DNA from: Octopus sinensis
Lineage: Eukaryota
NCBI RefSeq assembly: GCF_006345805.1
Contig: NC_043000.1
Coordinates: forward strand, 56,482,001 to 56,546,000
DNA length: 64,000 nt
Direction: 5' to 3'
Shown here piece after piece: positions 38,255 through 50,242 of this stretch (its first letter is position 1; the number at the start of each line of letters is the position of its first letter). A program made the translations under genes and the position numbers. The notes beneath the pieces were generated by a model that saw only the letters and a list, made by a program, of their open reading frames with translations, was not told the DNA's origin and searched no databases.

Positions 38255-38420
38255 GGAAAGTTTACGAAAATAAACAAAAGACGAAGGCAGGTGGAGCACA
38301 AACAAACAAATGTATTAGTATAGCGCTCAGGAATAGAAATAGAAAAAGTCTTTTACATTTCGAGCCTACGCTCTTCGACAGAAAGATACACAGAAAAAAA
38401 CAAGGAGAGAAAAAAAATAT
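38250..38420 (-). mobile_element. Penelope-type terminal repeat fragment carrying a hammerhead-like motif
   Basis: Context is similar to 53740-53900 and 23960-24060; contains the motif at 38349-38386. Confidence 0.5.
38349..38386 (-). ncRNA. Minimal type-I hammerhead-ribozyme-like motif
   Basis: Minus strand: tcttt CTGTCGA A gagc-gtag-gctc GAAA t GTA aaaga; 5-bp stem I, 4-bp stem II, GAAA and a GUA triplet. Confidence 0.55.
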
Positions 38421-38433
38421 ATATATATATATT

Positions 38434-38475
<42 letters not shown>

Positions 38476-38628
38476 GCATCTTTCAGTTCTAATCTGCCAA
38501 ATCCACCCATGAGGGTTTTGTCAGCCTGGAGTTACAGTAGAAGATACTTGTCCAACTTCCATGCAGTGGGACTGAACCAGGATCCACAGGGCTGGGAAAC
38601 AAATTTCTTACCACAGAGCCACACCTGT
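38476..38628 (-). mobile_element. SINE family A 5' half, diverged
   Basis: gcagtgggactgaaccagg...ttaccacagagccacacct. Confidence 0.7.
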
Positions 38629-38714
38629 GACTACACGTACAAGTGTATATCTGTAACCCATATATAAGCTATATGTATTTATCACTGATTACTGAAATAC
38701 TCAAGAAGCTGTTT

Positions 38715-38890
38715 GAAATGAGGTTTATATTACACATCTGGCCAGGGACAATTCTCAGTTGAAATAAGGGCCTACATTTCACATCTGACCCCAGCCAATT
38801 CTCAGTTGAAATGGGGACCTGCACTTTATGTCTGATACAGGCCTATTTGTACTTGAAAAGGGAACTAGATCTCACATCTGATGTGGACTT
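38715..38890. repeat. Diverged 46-47-bp minisatellite, about 3.7 units
   Basis: Units start gaaa at 38715, 38761, 38808 and 38855; cacatctg is shared by three units and aattctcagtt by two. Confidence 0.65.
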
Positions 38891-38934
38891 GTTACCGATT
38901 TTGCATGAGCCTGCATACATATCATACACAGAAG

Positions 38935-39150
38935 TTTCTAGGATTTCTTTACATGGCTGCTTGTTTGAATTGCTAGAAATGGCAGCCGAATCTCACTCTA
39001 ATCATATGCCCACCTTTCATAATAATCATATTTACTGATCTGCTCCTGGATTGCTTACCCACAGGAATTAAGACAAGCTGGTTAAAGTTGGAATACTTTA
39101 GATCACAGGACTATTCAGTCAGGGCTGACATGGGGTAACAGCATCAGCTA
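38935..39150 (+). mobile_element. Dispersed repeat family G (SINE-tail-like)
   Basis: tacatgg..ctagaaatggcagccgaatctc...cagggctgacatgggg; similar stretches near 5480, 11400-11700, 22700, 42600-43060, 45510 (-), 47795, 49940 and 50790. Confidence 0.55.
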
Positions 39151-39206
39151 CAATGCACACAAGCACATGCCAACACCATACATGCACACACACACACACA
39201 CACACA

Positions 39207-39252
<46 letters not shown>

Positions 39253-39606
39253 GCATGCACATACATATACACATATTCTAGATTGGAATGGATCTGGTCT
39301 TTAAAGCCAACTGGTAAATACAATAGACATGTTCCAGTCTTACCAGACCTCCTCAGTGAAACATATTCTACTCATGTAGCAAGACAAAAGAGAAATTTGT
39401 ACATATAACAATAGAAGGGAAAATAAAGGGATCATAGTGATGATGATTATTGATTATTATTGTTGATTTTCTATGTTTAATCCTTTTGTTGCCATATTTC
39501 TATTAAAATACACTGCCTTTTTTATAAATCAATTCTGAAAAAATAAAGAGAGTATTAAATATCTTTGAAGCACAAATTGATATGAAATTTTGATAGGAGG
39601 TTTTAA

Positions 39607-39826
39607 CCCTTTAATGCTCCGATTACTCTGTCAAATGTAATGCTTATTTATTTACATTGTTTTGAATTAATCACACATTATCTCAGAGGTTTGAGATTTT
39701 CATGATGTGATTATTTACTTTCAGAGTGACATTGTAGGGTAGGTGTGAGAGGCTGGATCTGGCCAATTTGAACATAAAACAGTTAGAATAATTGGGCTGG
39801 ATCTGACCAGTTTAAATGTTAAAGGG
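39607..39826. mobile_element. piggyBac-like TTAA MITE
   Basis: TTAA, then ccctttaatg...ttaaaggg; same body as 11710-12079 without the insert. Confidence 0.72.
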
Positions 39827-40572
39827 CAGATTTTGGTCATTTCTAAACAGGTAGCTTGTATCACAGGACCAAATTCAAAATGGTTAAGATGATAAGGTAT
39901 GATTTCGAGGGAGGTTTTGCAGCTATTTCTTGCAGGCCAAATGACTACTAAGTTCCAGTTTCATACTGTGGTTTATTCAATCCTATATACAATCAAACCT
40001 TTTCCCAACAAATTCTTGGCCTTCTGTCAATATAATGAATCATTATTCACACACACACACACACACACACACAGATGTCATTTCTTCCATGACAGTCTGT
40101 ACGAGACAGAAAGTCGATATTGTACTGGATAACTGAGAAAAAGTTGATTAGCTCATAACTCTTGAGTTATGAATATGATACAGTTGACTTAACCTTCTCA
40201 TCTTTCTGACAAAGACAATATCAACCCAACTTGTTATGAAACTAGAATACTTCAAGCATGTCAAAGTTTGTAGTGTCCCATGACCACCACCACTGATGCC
40301 GCTACCAGTGCTGCCATCACTACCACACACTGCCTGTCAAATATTTGTCACAGAGTTACTGAACCAAAACTTAAACAAAAGCAACTAAAGAAGAACAATA
40401 ACAGCTGATTGTGAAGAAAATGATAAACCAGTAAAAATAAAAGAAACAAGAAAGAGAAAAAAAAACTATAAAAAAAAACTCATTTGAAGTGTGTGTTCTA
40501 TCCATGGCCATTCCACATTATGTTTTGATACTGTAACCAGAACTACTTCTAGGTAAGATAATTAAACTATGT

Positions 40573-40825
40573 GTAGGTGCAGGTGTGGCTATGTGGTAAA
40601 AAATTTGCTTCCCAACCACATTGTTCCTGGTTATAGCACAGGTTCAGTCTCACTGCATGGCAGAAGTGTCTTGCCCAAAGTGCCACGCAGTGGGACTGAA
40701 CCTGAACTATAACCTCAGGCTGACCGAGGCCTTATGAGTGGATTTGGTAGATGGAATTGGAAAGAAGCCTCGTCCAACCCATGCTAGCATGGAAAGCGGA
40801 CGTTAAACGATGATGATGATGATGA
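40573..40825 (+). mobile_element. Chimeric SINE A head + RTE 3' tail with internal inverted duplication
   Basis: The A sequence runs to gaaagaagcc, then cgtccaacccatgctagcatggaaagcggacgttaaacgatgatg; hairpin at 40639-40704. Confidence 0.75.
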
Positions 40826-40857
40826 TATATATATTTACGCGCACGTGCACACACATT

Positions 40858-41278
40858 GGTGCAAGCATGGCTGTGTGGTAAGAAGCTTGCTTTCTATCCA
40901 CATGTTCCAGTTTCAGTCCCACTGCATGGCACCTTGGGCAAATGCAAGTGTCTTTCATTATAGCCTCAGGCCTACAAAAGCCTTGAGAGTGGATTTGGTA
41001 GAGGGAAACTGAAAGAAGCCTATTGTGTGTGTGTGTGCGTGTGTGTGTGTCTTTGTGTCTGTGTTTGTCTCCTACCACTGCTTGATGACCTGTGCTTGTG
41101 TGTTTATGCTCCTGTGAACTTAGTGGTTCAGCAAAAAATACTGATAGAATAAGTACCAGGCTTTACAAAAATAATAAGTACTGGAGTCAATTCATTCAAC
41201 AAAAGATTTCTCGAGGTGGGTGCCCTCAATTCCTCAAGCATAGCTGTAGTCTAATGACTGAAACAAGTAAAAGACAGT
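40858..41278 (+). mobile_element. SINE family A, full length, diverged
   Basis: gcatggctgtgtggtaagaagc through to aatgactgaaacaagtaaaagac. Confidence 0.82.
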
Positions 41279-41977
41279 GATGAGGCGCCTGCTCAAGAGT
41301 TCAAGAGTCTTGGGTGGGGTGGGGTGGGGTGGGGTTAGGGTTCATGGAGTTAGCCTAAATCACCAATGATCCTAGTTTGCTTTTGACCTGAGGTGGTAGT
41401 ACCCTGTCAGATGGTCTCGTGGTTAAAGCATACAGAAGGGTTGGTGCTCTAGATATGTGTCACACCACTGATCCACTGTTGTGTGAACATGCCCTGATTA
41501 TTAACCATGGTCAACTCTGACTTCAGGGATTGCACCAATTCCTTCAGATGTCTATCTACAATGAGACTAAACAACGATACTACTGAGGTGTAGTTGAAGA
41601 CAACCAGACATGCACAAGCCAATGGGAAGTTGTAAGGAATTGTTATTTGACATGCTAGAAATATCAGCCAAATCTCCATCATATTTGATAAAGTAGATTT
41701 CGATACACTGTTTGGAAAGAAAAAGAAAAACAAGAGTTTTCTTTTACTTTTTTTTTTTTTGTTTGATTGTCCATTCCATTATGGGGTGAACAGCAACAGA
41801 AACCACCAGACACGCACTCATCATCATTTTGTACTTGGAGACATTCATTCCAGCCCATTCTTTCATGTTATCCTGGCATATTCTTAAAGAAGGAAAAGTG
41901 CTCCATATATATATATAAATATATGCATATACGTATCTTTGTGGGTATATATCTGTATGTAGGCATATGTATATATG

Positions 41978-42069
<92 letters not shown>

Positions 42070-42716
42070 GCATACATATATACACACATATACATGTGTG
42101 TATGTATATATATATATATATCTACACACATACACATGAACACACACACATACCTTCATGCACATGTAGACAGATACTATAATTTACTACATTGAAACAA
42201 AACACACAACAATATCTTGAGACTGCCATGCTTAACTACTTCATTTATCTCCATCCCATAAAACTGTTTACAACAACAACAACAACAACAGCAACAGCAA
42301 CTGCATATGACAGTACATGTTGCTATCTCATATTTATGTGCACCATGTCAGTAGCGAACGATGAATGGTGAATGAACATTTGCTGAGTAAATAATCGATT
42401 TGCTCTCATCTGAATGAAAATGACATTAAATAATTCTTCACTAGGAAGAATTATCAGTTTCAGATCTTCAAGAGCACACTTTTATATCAGCAGTTTACGA
42501 AAGTTTCATACGGCATGTCGATGCTGAGGGAAAGACCAACTCACTACATAATATATATATATATATAGTATGTTCAATAAAAATAATAGAGAAGGTCTTC
42601 AAACATCATTAATAACAATAAAACAGATTGATAAGTAGCTAAGGTGTTATAATACTGGTCTATGATCACTCAAATGCAAATAATAGCAGTCAAACTCCCT
42701 TTAAATTATACCTTAA

Positions 42717-42937
42717 CCCTTCAGATATCAAACCACCCAAGTCCACCCATGGATCTATGATATAAACTTCCTATTTTAAAGTGAACTAAATTAAAACCTT
42801 CCATAGAAATTTCATATTAATTTATGTGACAAACTCCAGTTTAATAATGATCAAGTTATTTTACTAAATTCTTCATAATTACCAAAATTAATTAAAACAA
42901 AGCAGTGTATTTTAGCAGGAATTTGGTAATGAAAGGG
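42717..42937. mobile_element. piggyBac-like TTAA MITE inserted in a family G copy
   Basis: TTAA at 42713-16, TTGA at 42938-41; termini cccttc / gaaaggg; aagttattttactaaattctt is shared with 12121-12337. Confidence 0.7.
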
Positions 42938-43809
42938 TTGATGTTTTGAAAGGAGAATGTGATACAGTATGTATAAAAGACAGGAAGGTCATGGTTGGAA
43001 TGTCTTTGTACATCTGCTCAATCATGGCTGACCTGGAACTAAAGAATGTCAACAACTAGCCAAAAAGTTGATAGTTCATATTTTACCACTAGAATAAGGG
43101 TTTTCTTTTGACAAAGTGTAACATACAATTTTGGATATTGTACTATCAACAGGACATAGCATGACTGGGTGGTTAAGAAGTTTGCTTCACAATCATGAGG
43201 TTTCAGGTTCAATCCCACGCTACCATATCTTCATGGAGTATATTATCACCGCCTCAGGTAAACACAAACCTTGAGAGTGGAACTGGAAGTGGGTAGAGAG
43301 AAAAGGACAGAAACTGGGCAGAAGCCATCATATGTACCTGTATATATGATGTCCCTGTACAATTCATATGTCCAGCCTTGTCATATATTGTGTCATGCTG
43401 ACTTGATTTGAGGATTTACATTAAAGGTTTGTGGAATACTCAGCCACTTAGACATTAATTTAATGAATAGGCTGTCAGTTTATCAAATAATCAAATACTC
43501 AGAATCAAAACCAAAAGAAGCTTCTTCAATATCAATCATCTTTATGTTGCTCTCTAGAACACTGCTAATGACTAACAAATTTCCCCTGCTTCCTTTCTAG
43601 TCATTAGACAATGGCCATGCTGGGGCACCACTTTGATGAATGAATCAACTTTTAGATGAATGAATCAACCCTAGTACTTTTTTTTAAGCCTGGTATTTAT
43701 TATATCAGTCTCTTTTTGCCAAGCCACTAAGTTACAGATACATAAACACTGGTTGTCAAGTAGTGGTGGGGGACAAACACACACACACACACAAACAAAC
43801 ACACACACA

Positions 43810-43811
<2 letters not shown>

Positions 43812-43840
<29 letters not shown>

Positions 43841-44056
43841 GTTTAACGTCCGTTTTCCGCGCTAGCACGGGTTGGACGGTTTCGACCGGGGTCTGGGGAG
43901 CTAGGGACTGCCCCAGGCTCCAGTCTAGTCTGGCAGAGTTTCTACGGCTGGATGCCCTTCCTAACGCCAACCACTCCGCGAGTGTAGTGGGTGTTTTTTA
44001 CGTGCCACCTGCACAGGTGCCAGAGGGGTCTGGCATCGGCCACGTTCGGATGGTGC
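43812..44056 (-). mobile_element. RTE LINE 3' UTR, young (CpG-rich)
   Basis: (CAT)n tail, then cgtttaacgtccgttttccgcgctagcacgggttggacgg...ggctggatgcccttcctaacgccaacc. Confidence 0.85.
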
Positions 44057-44870
44057 TTTTTTTTTTTTTTTTTTATGTGTGGGGGGGGTGCAGAAATATA
44101 GGGGAGCACCAGTGGAGAGGGGTGGTTCAGAGAAATGATGACAGGTTCTAGGCAAGTAGAACGTAGGATATCAAGAGAGGGGTAATGCATGGTGAAATAG
44201 CGTATTGAAGAGGAGGGTTCGAAGAGTAGACACCTATTATGGTGGTGGGAGAAGCGACATCCGGTATGGATGGAGCAAAAATATAGAGATATCCGGTATT
44301 GGTGGTGGGGGTGGGCAGGGCGGGTGCACCGCGAATACACGATGGTTGATGAATACACGAGAGGCGAGATGGGTAATGGATAAATTAGTTAAAATAATTA
44401 GATAGATATAGAAATTAGTTAAAAATAGTTAGATAGATAAGAAAGCATGTATGATTGATGGGGAAGTGAAATAAATAAATAAGCATTCAACTTATCTGCT
44501 AGATGACTGAATGGATGAAAGAGCAGAAGTTTGGGGCTGCGTTTTTTTTAAGTAAAGATTGTCCGGAGGAAGAAGAAGGCGCGAATACACGATGGTTGAT
44601 GAATACACGAGAGGCGAGATGGGTAATGGATAAATTAGTTAAAATAATTAGATAGATATAGAAATTAGTTAAAAATAGTTAGATAGATAAGAAAGCATGT
44701 ATGATTGATGGGGAAGTGAAATAAATAAATAAGCATTCAACTTATCTGCTAGATGACTGAATGGATGAAAGAGCAGAAGTTTGGGGCTGCGTTTTTTTTA
44801 AGTAAAGATTGTCCGGAGGAAGAAGAAGGCGCGAATACACGATGGTTGATGAATACACGAGAGGCGAGAT
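44057..44870 (-). mobile_element. Unclassified poly(A)-tailed insertion with perfect 250-bp tandem repeat
   Basis: T18 at 44057-74; 44331-44580 is identical to 44581-44830, plus 40 bp of a third unit. Confidence 0.6.
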
Positions 44871-45009
44871 ATATATATATATATTATATATATATATATA
44901 TATAAACATATACATACATATATATAATTGACTTACCCCCATTTCTCGAAAATTGCTGGTCTTGTGTCAAAATTAAAAAAAGCAATAATTAATAGAAAAG
45001 CAACTTTAT

Positions 45010-45392
45010 CTTTTATGTTTTACTTGTTTCAAGTCATTCGAATGCGGCCATGCTGGGGTACCAACTTGAAAATTTTTTGTCAAACAAATTGACCCCAGTA
45101 CTTGGCTTTTTGAAAGCCTGGTATTTATTTTATTGATCTCTTTTGCTGAACTGCTAAGTTATGGGGACATAAACACACCAACACCTGTTGTCAAGTGGCG
45201 GTGGGGAACAAACACTGACAAAAAGACATACACAAACACACACACACACACACACACAATGGGCTTCTTTTGGTTTCCATCTACTAAATCCACTCACAAG
45301 GCTTTGGTCAACCCAAGGTGCCATGCAGTGGGATTGAACCCGAATGACATGGTTGAGAAGCAAGCTTCTTACCACACAGTCATGCCTGCACC
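45010..45392 (-). mobile_element. SINE family A, diverged
   Basis: ctaagttatggggacataaacacacc...ttaccacacagtcatgcctgcacct. Confidence 0.8.
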
Positions 45393-45907
45393 TAGCCATG
45401 ACTATATGGCTTATCAAAACCTCTTTTAGTTTCACTCAGTAAAATTTATTAGATAAACTAACATGTCTCCATCATCACACTCAAACAATACATTTTCCTT
45501 TTCTTGTTATTGGATGTTGTTGTCGTTGTATGACCCTAGGTCAACCATCATCAAATAGATTTAGGATGAAAATATTCCAGCCATGACCATTCTGTCCTTT
45601 TCATCTATTCTCAGACAATATACCTAAACTACTTCATCTAATGATCTTTTCCAAGGCAGTCATGCATGAAGTGAGGGTATCTGCATTGTTACTTCTAGGA
45701 AATCAAGCAACTGCAGAGAACCTCCCTCATTTACTCAATGTAATTAGTAAATAGTGATTAAGCAAGTGATGCTAAGCTCTATCACCCATTGATTTTGGTG
45801 GGGCATGAGACAACATTGAAGAATTTTCATGCAGTGTATCTGAGGCAAATCACTCAGGTAGAGTTTATCTTTTTTATAAAGTACACCTTGTTAGCACGTT
45901 TCAATTA

Positions 45908-46073
45908 TACAGGCACAGGTGAGGCAGTGCAGTAAGAAGTTTGCTCTCTGACCACATGGTTCCAGGTTCAATCACACAGCATGGCACCTTGGAGAAATGT
46001 TTTCTGGTGTAGACCCAGGTCAACCAAAACCTTGTGGCTGGATTTAGTACATGAAAACTGAAAGAAACCCATG
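45908..46073 (+). mobile_element. SINE family A 5' half
   Basis: acaggcacaggtgaggcagtgcagtaagaag...ggcaccttgg. Confidence 0.7.
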
Positions 46074-46267
46074 AGATCTAGTTATATGTGTAATAAAAAT
46101 ATCTTTTATTTGTTATTTATGTTTTGGTTTATGTCTATCACTGTTTGAGTTGCATAATAGTGGTTTTATCTCTAATTTATATTTTATATATTTATATTGT
46201 GAAATTTGATTTAATACTAAATTGAATTTTTCACTGTAAGTTTGGAGTTGTACCCCCTAATATTATT

Positions 46268-46345
<78 letters not shown>

Positions 46346-46869
46346 TAATATATATAAATATACATGTGTATGTCTTTGTTTTTGCCCACTACCACCACTT
46401 GAGAACTAGTGCTGGTTTGTTTATATCTCTGGTAACTTAGTGGTTCAGTGGAAAGAGACCAGACTGAACCAAGATTAAAAGAAAATGGAAAAGAAAAATC
46501 TGGAATCAATTTGTCTCATGAAAATCTTCAAGGCAGTATCGCAGTATGACTGCAGTCTAAAGACTGAAACAAGTATAAAAGATAAAAGGTTAATCAAGAA
46601 ATTAAATTCAACCAAAACTAGAAAAGGAGTTAATGATTCTGGTAGAATAAAAATAAATCTAACTCGTAAATAAAGCATTTGAAAGATTTGGCAAGGAAAC
46701 CAAAAATCATAAAGGACTGGCATCTTTACAGCAATGAGCTTCATACTCAAGTGGTATCTATTTACAAGGAGGAAGGCTAAGTTTTTGACAGTTAAATGCC
46801 TTGGAAACAGACATAACTTGGTGGTGATGATAGGATATAAATCATTAACTATTTCAGTTCGAAGTATAT

Positions 46870-47279
46870 ACTCTCTCTTTTATTCTTTTACCTGTTTCAG
46901 TCATTTGACTGCGGCCATGCTGGAGCACCACCTTTAGTTGAGAAAATCGACCCCAGGACTTATTCTTTGTAAGCCTAGTACTTATTCTATCAGTCTCTTT
47001 TGCTGAACCGCTAAGTTATGGGGATGTAAACACACCAACATCGGTTGTCAAGCGAGGTTGGTGGGGGGGCACAGACACACAAACATATACACATACATAT
47101 ATATATATATATATACATATATACAACAGGCTTCATTCAGTTTCCGTCTACCAAATCCACTCATAAGGCTTTGGGCGGCCCGAGGCTATAGTAGATGACA
47201 CTTGTCCAAGGTGCCATACAGTTGGACTGAACCCGGAACCATGTGGTTGGTAAGCAAGCTACATACCACACAGCCACTC
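46870..47279 (-). mobile_element. SINE family A, full length
   Basis: Colinear with 682-1092. Confidence 0.9.
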
Positions 47280-47393
47280 AATAAATACAGACAGAAACTC
47301 AGCAGTATCAAAGCAAAGCAGTGTTTAGACATAAGTGAACTTTAGGTCAGTTAAAATATGTTTGTGACATATTTGAACTTCTAAAAGCAAATT

Positions 47394-47655
47394 CACTGTA
47401 GTTACCCTGGAGAAAAAACCCTCTCTTATGTTAAAAGGTGTAAAACACCATATCTGCCTGTACCAAAGAGAGGTAACTCTGGGCAGATTTTAAAGCCATA
47501 ACTTTAACTAAAAGTTCTCTTCAGTATTTTCCATTGATAATGGCTAAAAAGCGAGAAACACATCTAGGAATCCAATAGGAGGCAGCACAGGGCAGATATG
47601 GTGTTTTTGCACTTTTTACCATAAGTAAAATTTTTTTTCCACAGTAACTACAGTG
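47394..47655. mobile_element. MITE with ~70-bp TIRs, CAC...GTG termini and 4-bp AATT TSD (Chapaev-like)
   Basis: cactgtagttac...aaacaccatatctgcc vs ggcagatatggtgttttt...gtaactacagtg; aatt at 47390-93 and 47656-59. Confidence 0.8.
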
Positions 47656-49827
47656 AATTTTCCTTCAGAAATTGAAATATATCACAAACATACTTTAACT
47701 TTTCCTAAAGTTTTTATTATTATTATTATGATTATTATTATTATTATAAAAAACAGAAATGAACTTGATTCAAATACAACCGAATGAAAGTATGTTTAGG
47801 CACTCACTCCATCTGCAAAAAATAGCAAGGAGATCATTTTCAAACCATACGCACTTTTAAATAAAAGGAAGGACAAATGAAATGATGTGAACATAGCTAC
47901 TTCAGAAAAAGATAGTATCATCATGACCAGAATGCTTTCGATCATATGTCTATTCTGCCAGGTTTGACCTAGGGCTAAACAAAGAGACTAATGAATGAAC
48001 ATATTGAATATATTCTCTGTCAACTGAAATTAGATTTCTTAGATATGCATATCACAGAGAATGTCTGTGATATCATAAAATGTAGACATGATTTGTTGAT
48101 GAATGATTGGTGAGCAGAATAAATTGTCTCCTCTACTTGAAATCCATGTCAACAACCATAACCTATTTGGAATCAACTGTTTCAGTAATTGGCAAGCCAT
48201 TATTCTCTGTAATGGTCTCTTCTATAAAAGACTTTGGATGAAAGTGATCATGTTAACAGAATTAGCAATGCTAACAGATACTCTACAGACTGAGAAAACA
48301 AAGTAAAACAAAATAAAATAAACAATCTCTTGAGAAAGGTTCTTCAGATGTCTACATACTTACATCAGTATTACACAGTAATTGCTCTACTACTGAATGC
48401 CAACAAACTTTAAAGTTAGTATCTGAACATTAATGCATGTTAAATTCTTCAAAAGTCTAGATTCTGGTGGTGAAATTGGTACGAGATGGAACATTAGTAG
48501 TTTATGAGATCTTATTCTTATTCTTATTCTTATTCTTATTTTATTTCATTCTATTCTATTTTATTTTTAAATTAATTAAAGACATTTGAAAGAGACAAGT
48601 CAGAAATTAAAATCTAAAATTTTTAGAAATAGCAGTATGCCTTGTAGTCAAACATTTAAAGAGTCTTTTCATTAATCAACCAAGAGAACAAAAAAAATTG
48701 ATTTAACAAACTCTATTCAATGCATAAGTAGCATTTAATATTCATTTCATTTGTTGCTCGATTATTTAATATAATTATAGAATTAGTCATAAATTCAAAA
48801 GAAAGAAATCATTTGGACAAAAACCCTGGCAAGCGAGCTAGCTTGTGAGTAATTTAATTGAACAAATAGAGAGAGACTTTAGTAAATTCTTTTAAGCTGA
48901 ACATAAATTACTGATAAATCCCATTAGAATAAAAGTACTCTTGACTTAATCAGAAGTGCTAATGTTATTAGGAAAACAACGGAAAAATTCTCAAGGGTGA
49001 AAAACGAACAAAAGCAAACATTTCACAGAAAGAAAACAACAGCGTAATAAAATCATAAGCAAATGAAGGTTTTTGTGGACAAGGAGAGAAACATCCATTC
49101 TCAATACATACATACACACACACACACACATACATACATACATGTGGACAATGGACATTAATTGATGATGATGATATATATGTATACACACACACATGTA
49201 CACAGACTAATTGATTTACAGAAAGTTGTAAATGCTCGATTTTAATTAAAGATACAATATATAGCTATATACTTTACTTGTCTATTAGTTGTTATCTGAG
49301 TTAGAAATCGTTCTTAATATCTCTTTTGTTTGTATTTGATCTCAAAAGGGATAAAATATGCTCGTTTCAAGTGAATAGGATTTCAGATGTCATTACACAG
49401 AGGAAAACTGCAACAAATTACTTTCAGAAAGATCAACTGAGACAATTGAAATGGCAAAATAACAGATAGAAATGAAAACATTACATCTGTACATGATGCA
49501 CAACATTTTGATAGGTATGTAGAGAGGAAAACGAAATAAATTTAAATTAGTTTCTATATAATAACATGAGCCATGTTACAACTGATGAATATCTAAATAG
49601 AATGGTTGTTGGTGGTGGTGGTGGGGGGGAATGACTGAGATGGCAGCATGCGGAATTAAACGTGTAACATTAAGTTTTTGTCCCTTCCAATTCCAAATTC
49701 AAGCCATGTCATTTTTGACATTGTGTTGCATCCTTTTGAGATTAATGAGATAAATACCAGTAATATACCAGTGATTTATTAGAGTTTTGATTCAATTAAC
49801 TATAGACCTTCTGTATAAAATTTGTTC

Positions 49828-49937
49828 TTATTTCTTTATTGCCCACAAGGGCTAAACATAGAGAGGACAAACAAGGACAGACAAAGGGATTAAGTTGATT
49901 ACATCGACCCCAGTGCATAACTGGTACTTAATTTATC
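49828..49937 (-). mobile_element. SINE family B 3' half
   Basis: tttctttattgcccacaagggctaaacatagagaggacaaacaaggacag. Confidence 0.8.
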
Positions 49938-50242
49938 AAATTAGCAAAAAAGAAAAAGAAACAGGAAGGTCTTAGCTGGAACACGTTTTGTTATAGGTCT
50001 CCTCAATCAGGGCTGACTTCAGAGTGAATAATAGTAATTAGGTATTTATTCAGAAAATTTTCATTGTAACAAATACATGACAGATATATTATATCTCCAC
50101 TACAACCTAATACAGCAGTTCCTTAAATGAATCCCATTCCACCTCACTTCAAGGATAAGTACTGTGATAACCTTAAGGTATTATGTTTATTGTTCCTCAT
50201 TTAAATATTCATTGCTGGTACTTCCTATTATCTAATCTATTA

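Noticed and set aside
38715-38890. Regularly spaced units as a CRISPR-like array
   Set aside because: The units are a diverged tandem repeat with no constant-repeat/unique-spacer pattern, there are no cas genes, and the context is eukaryotic.
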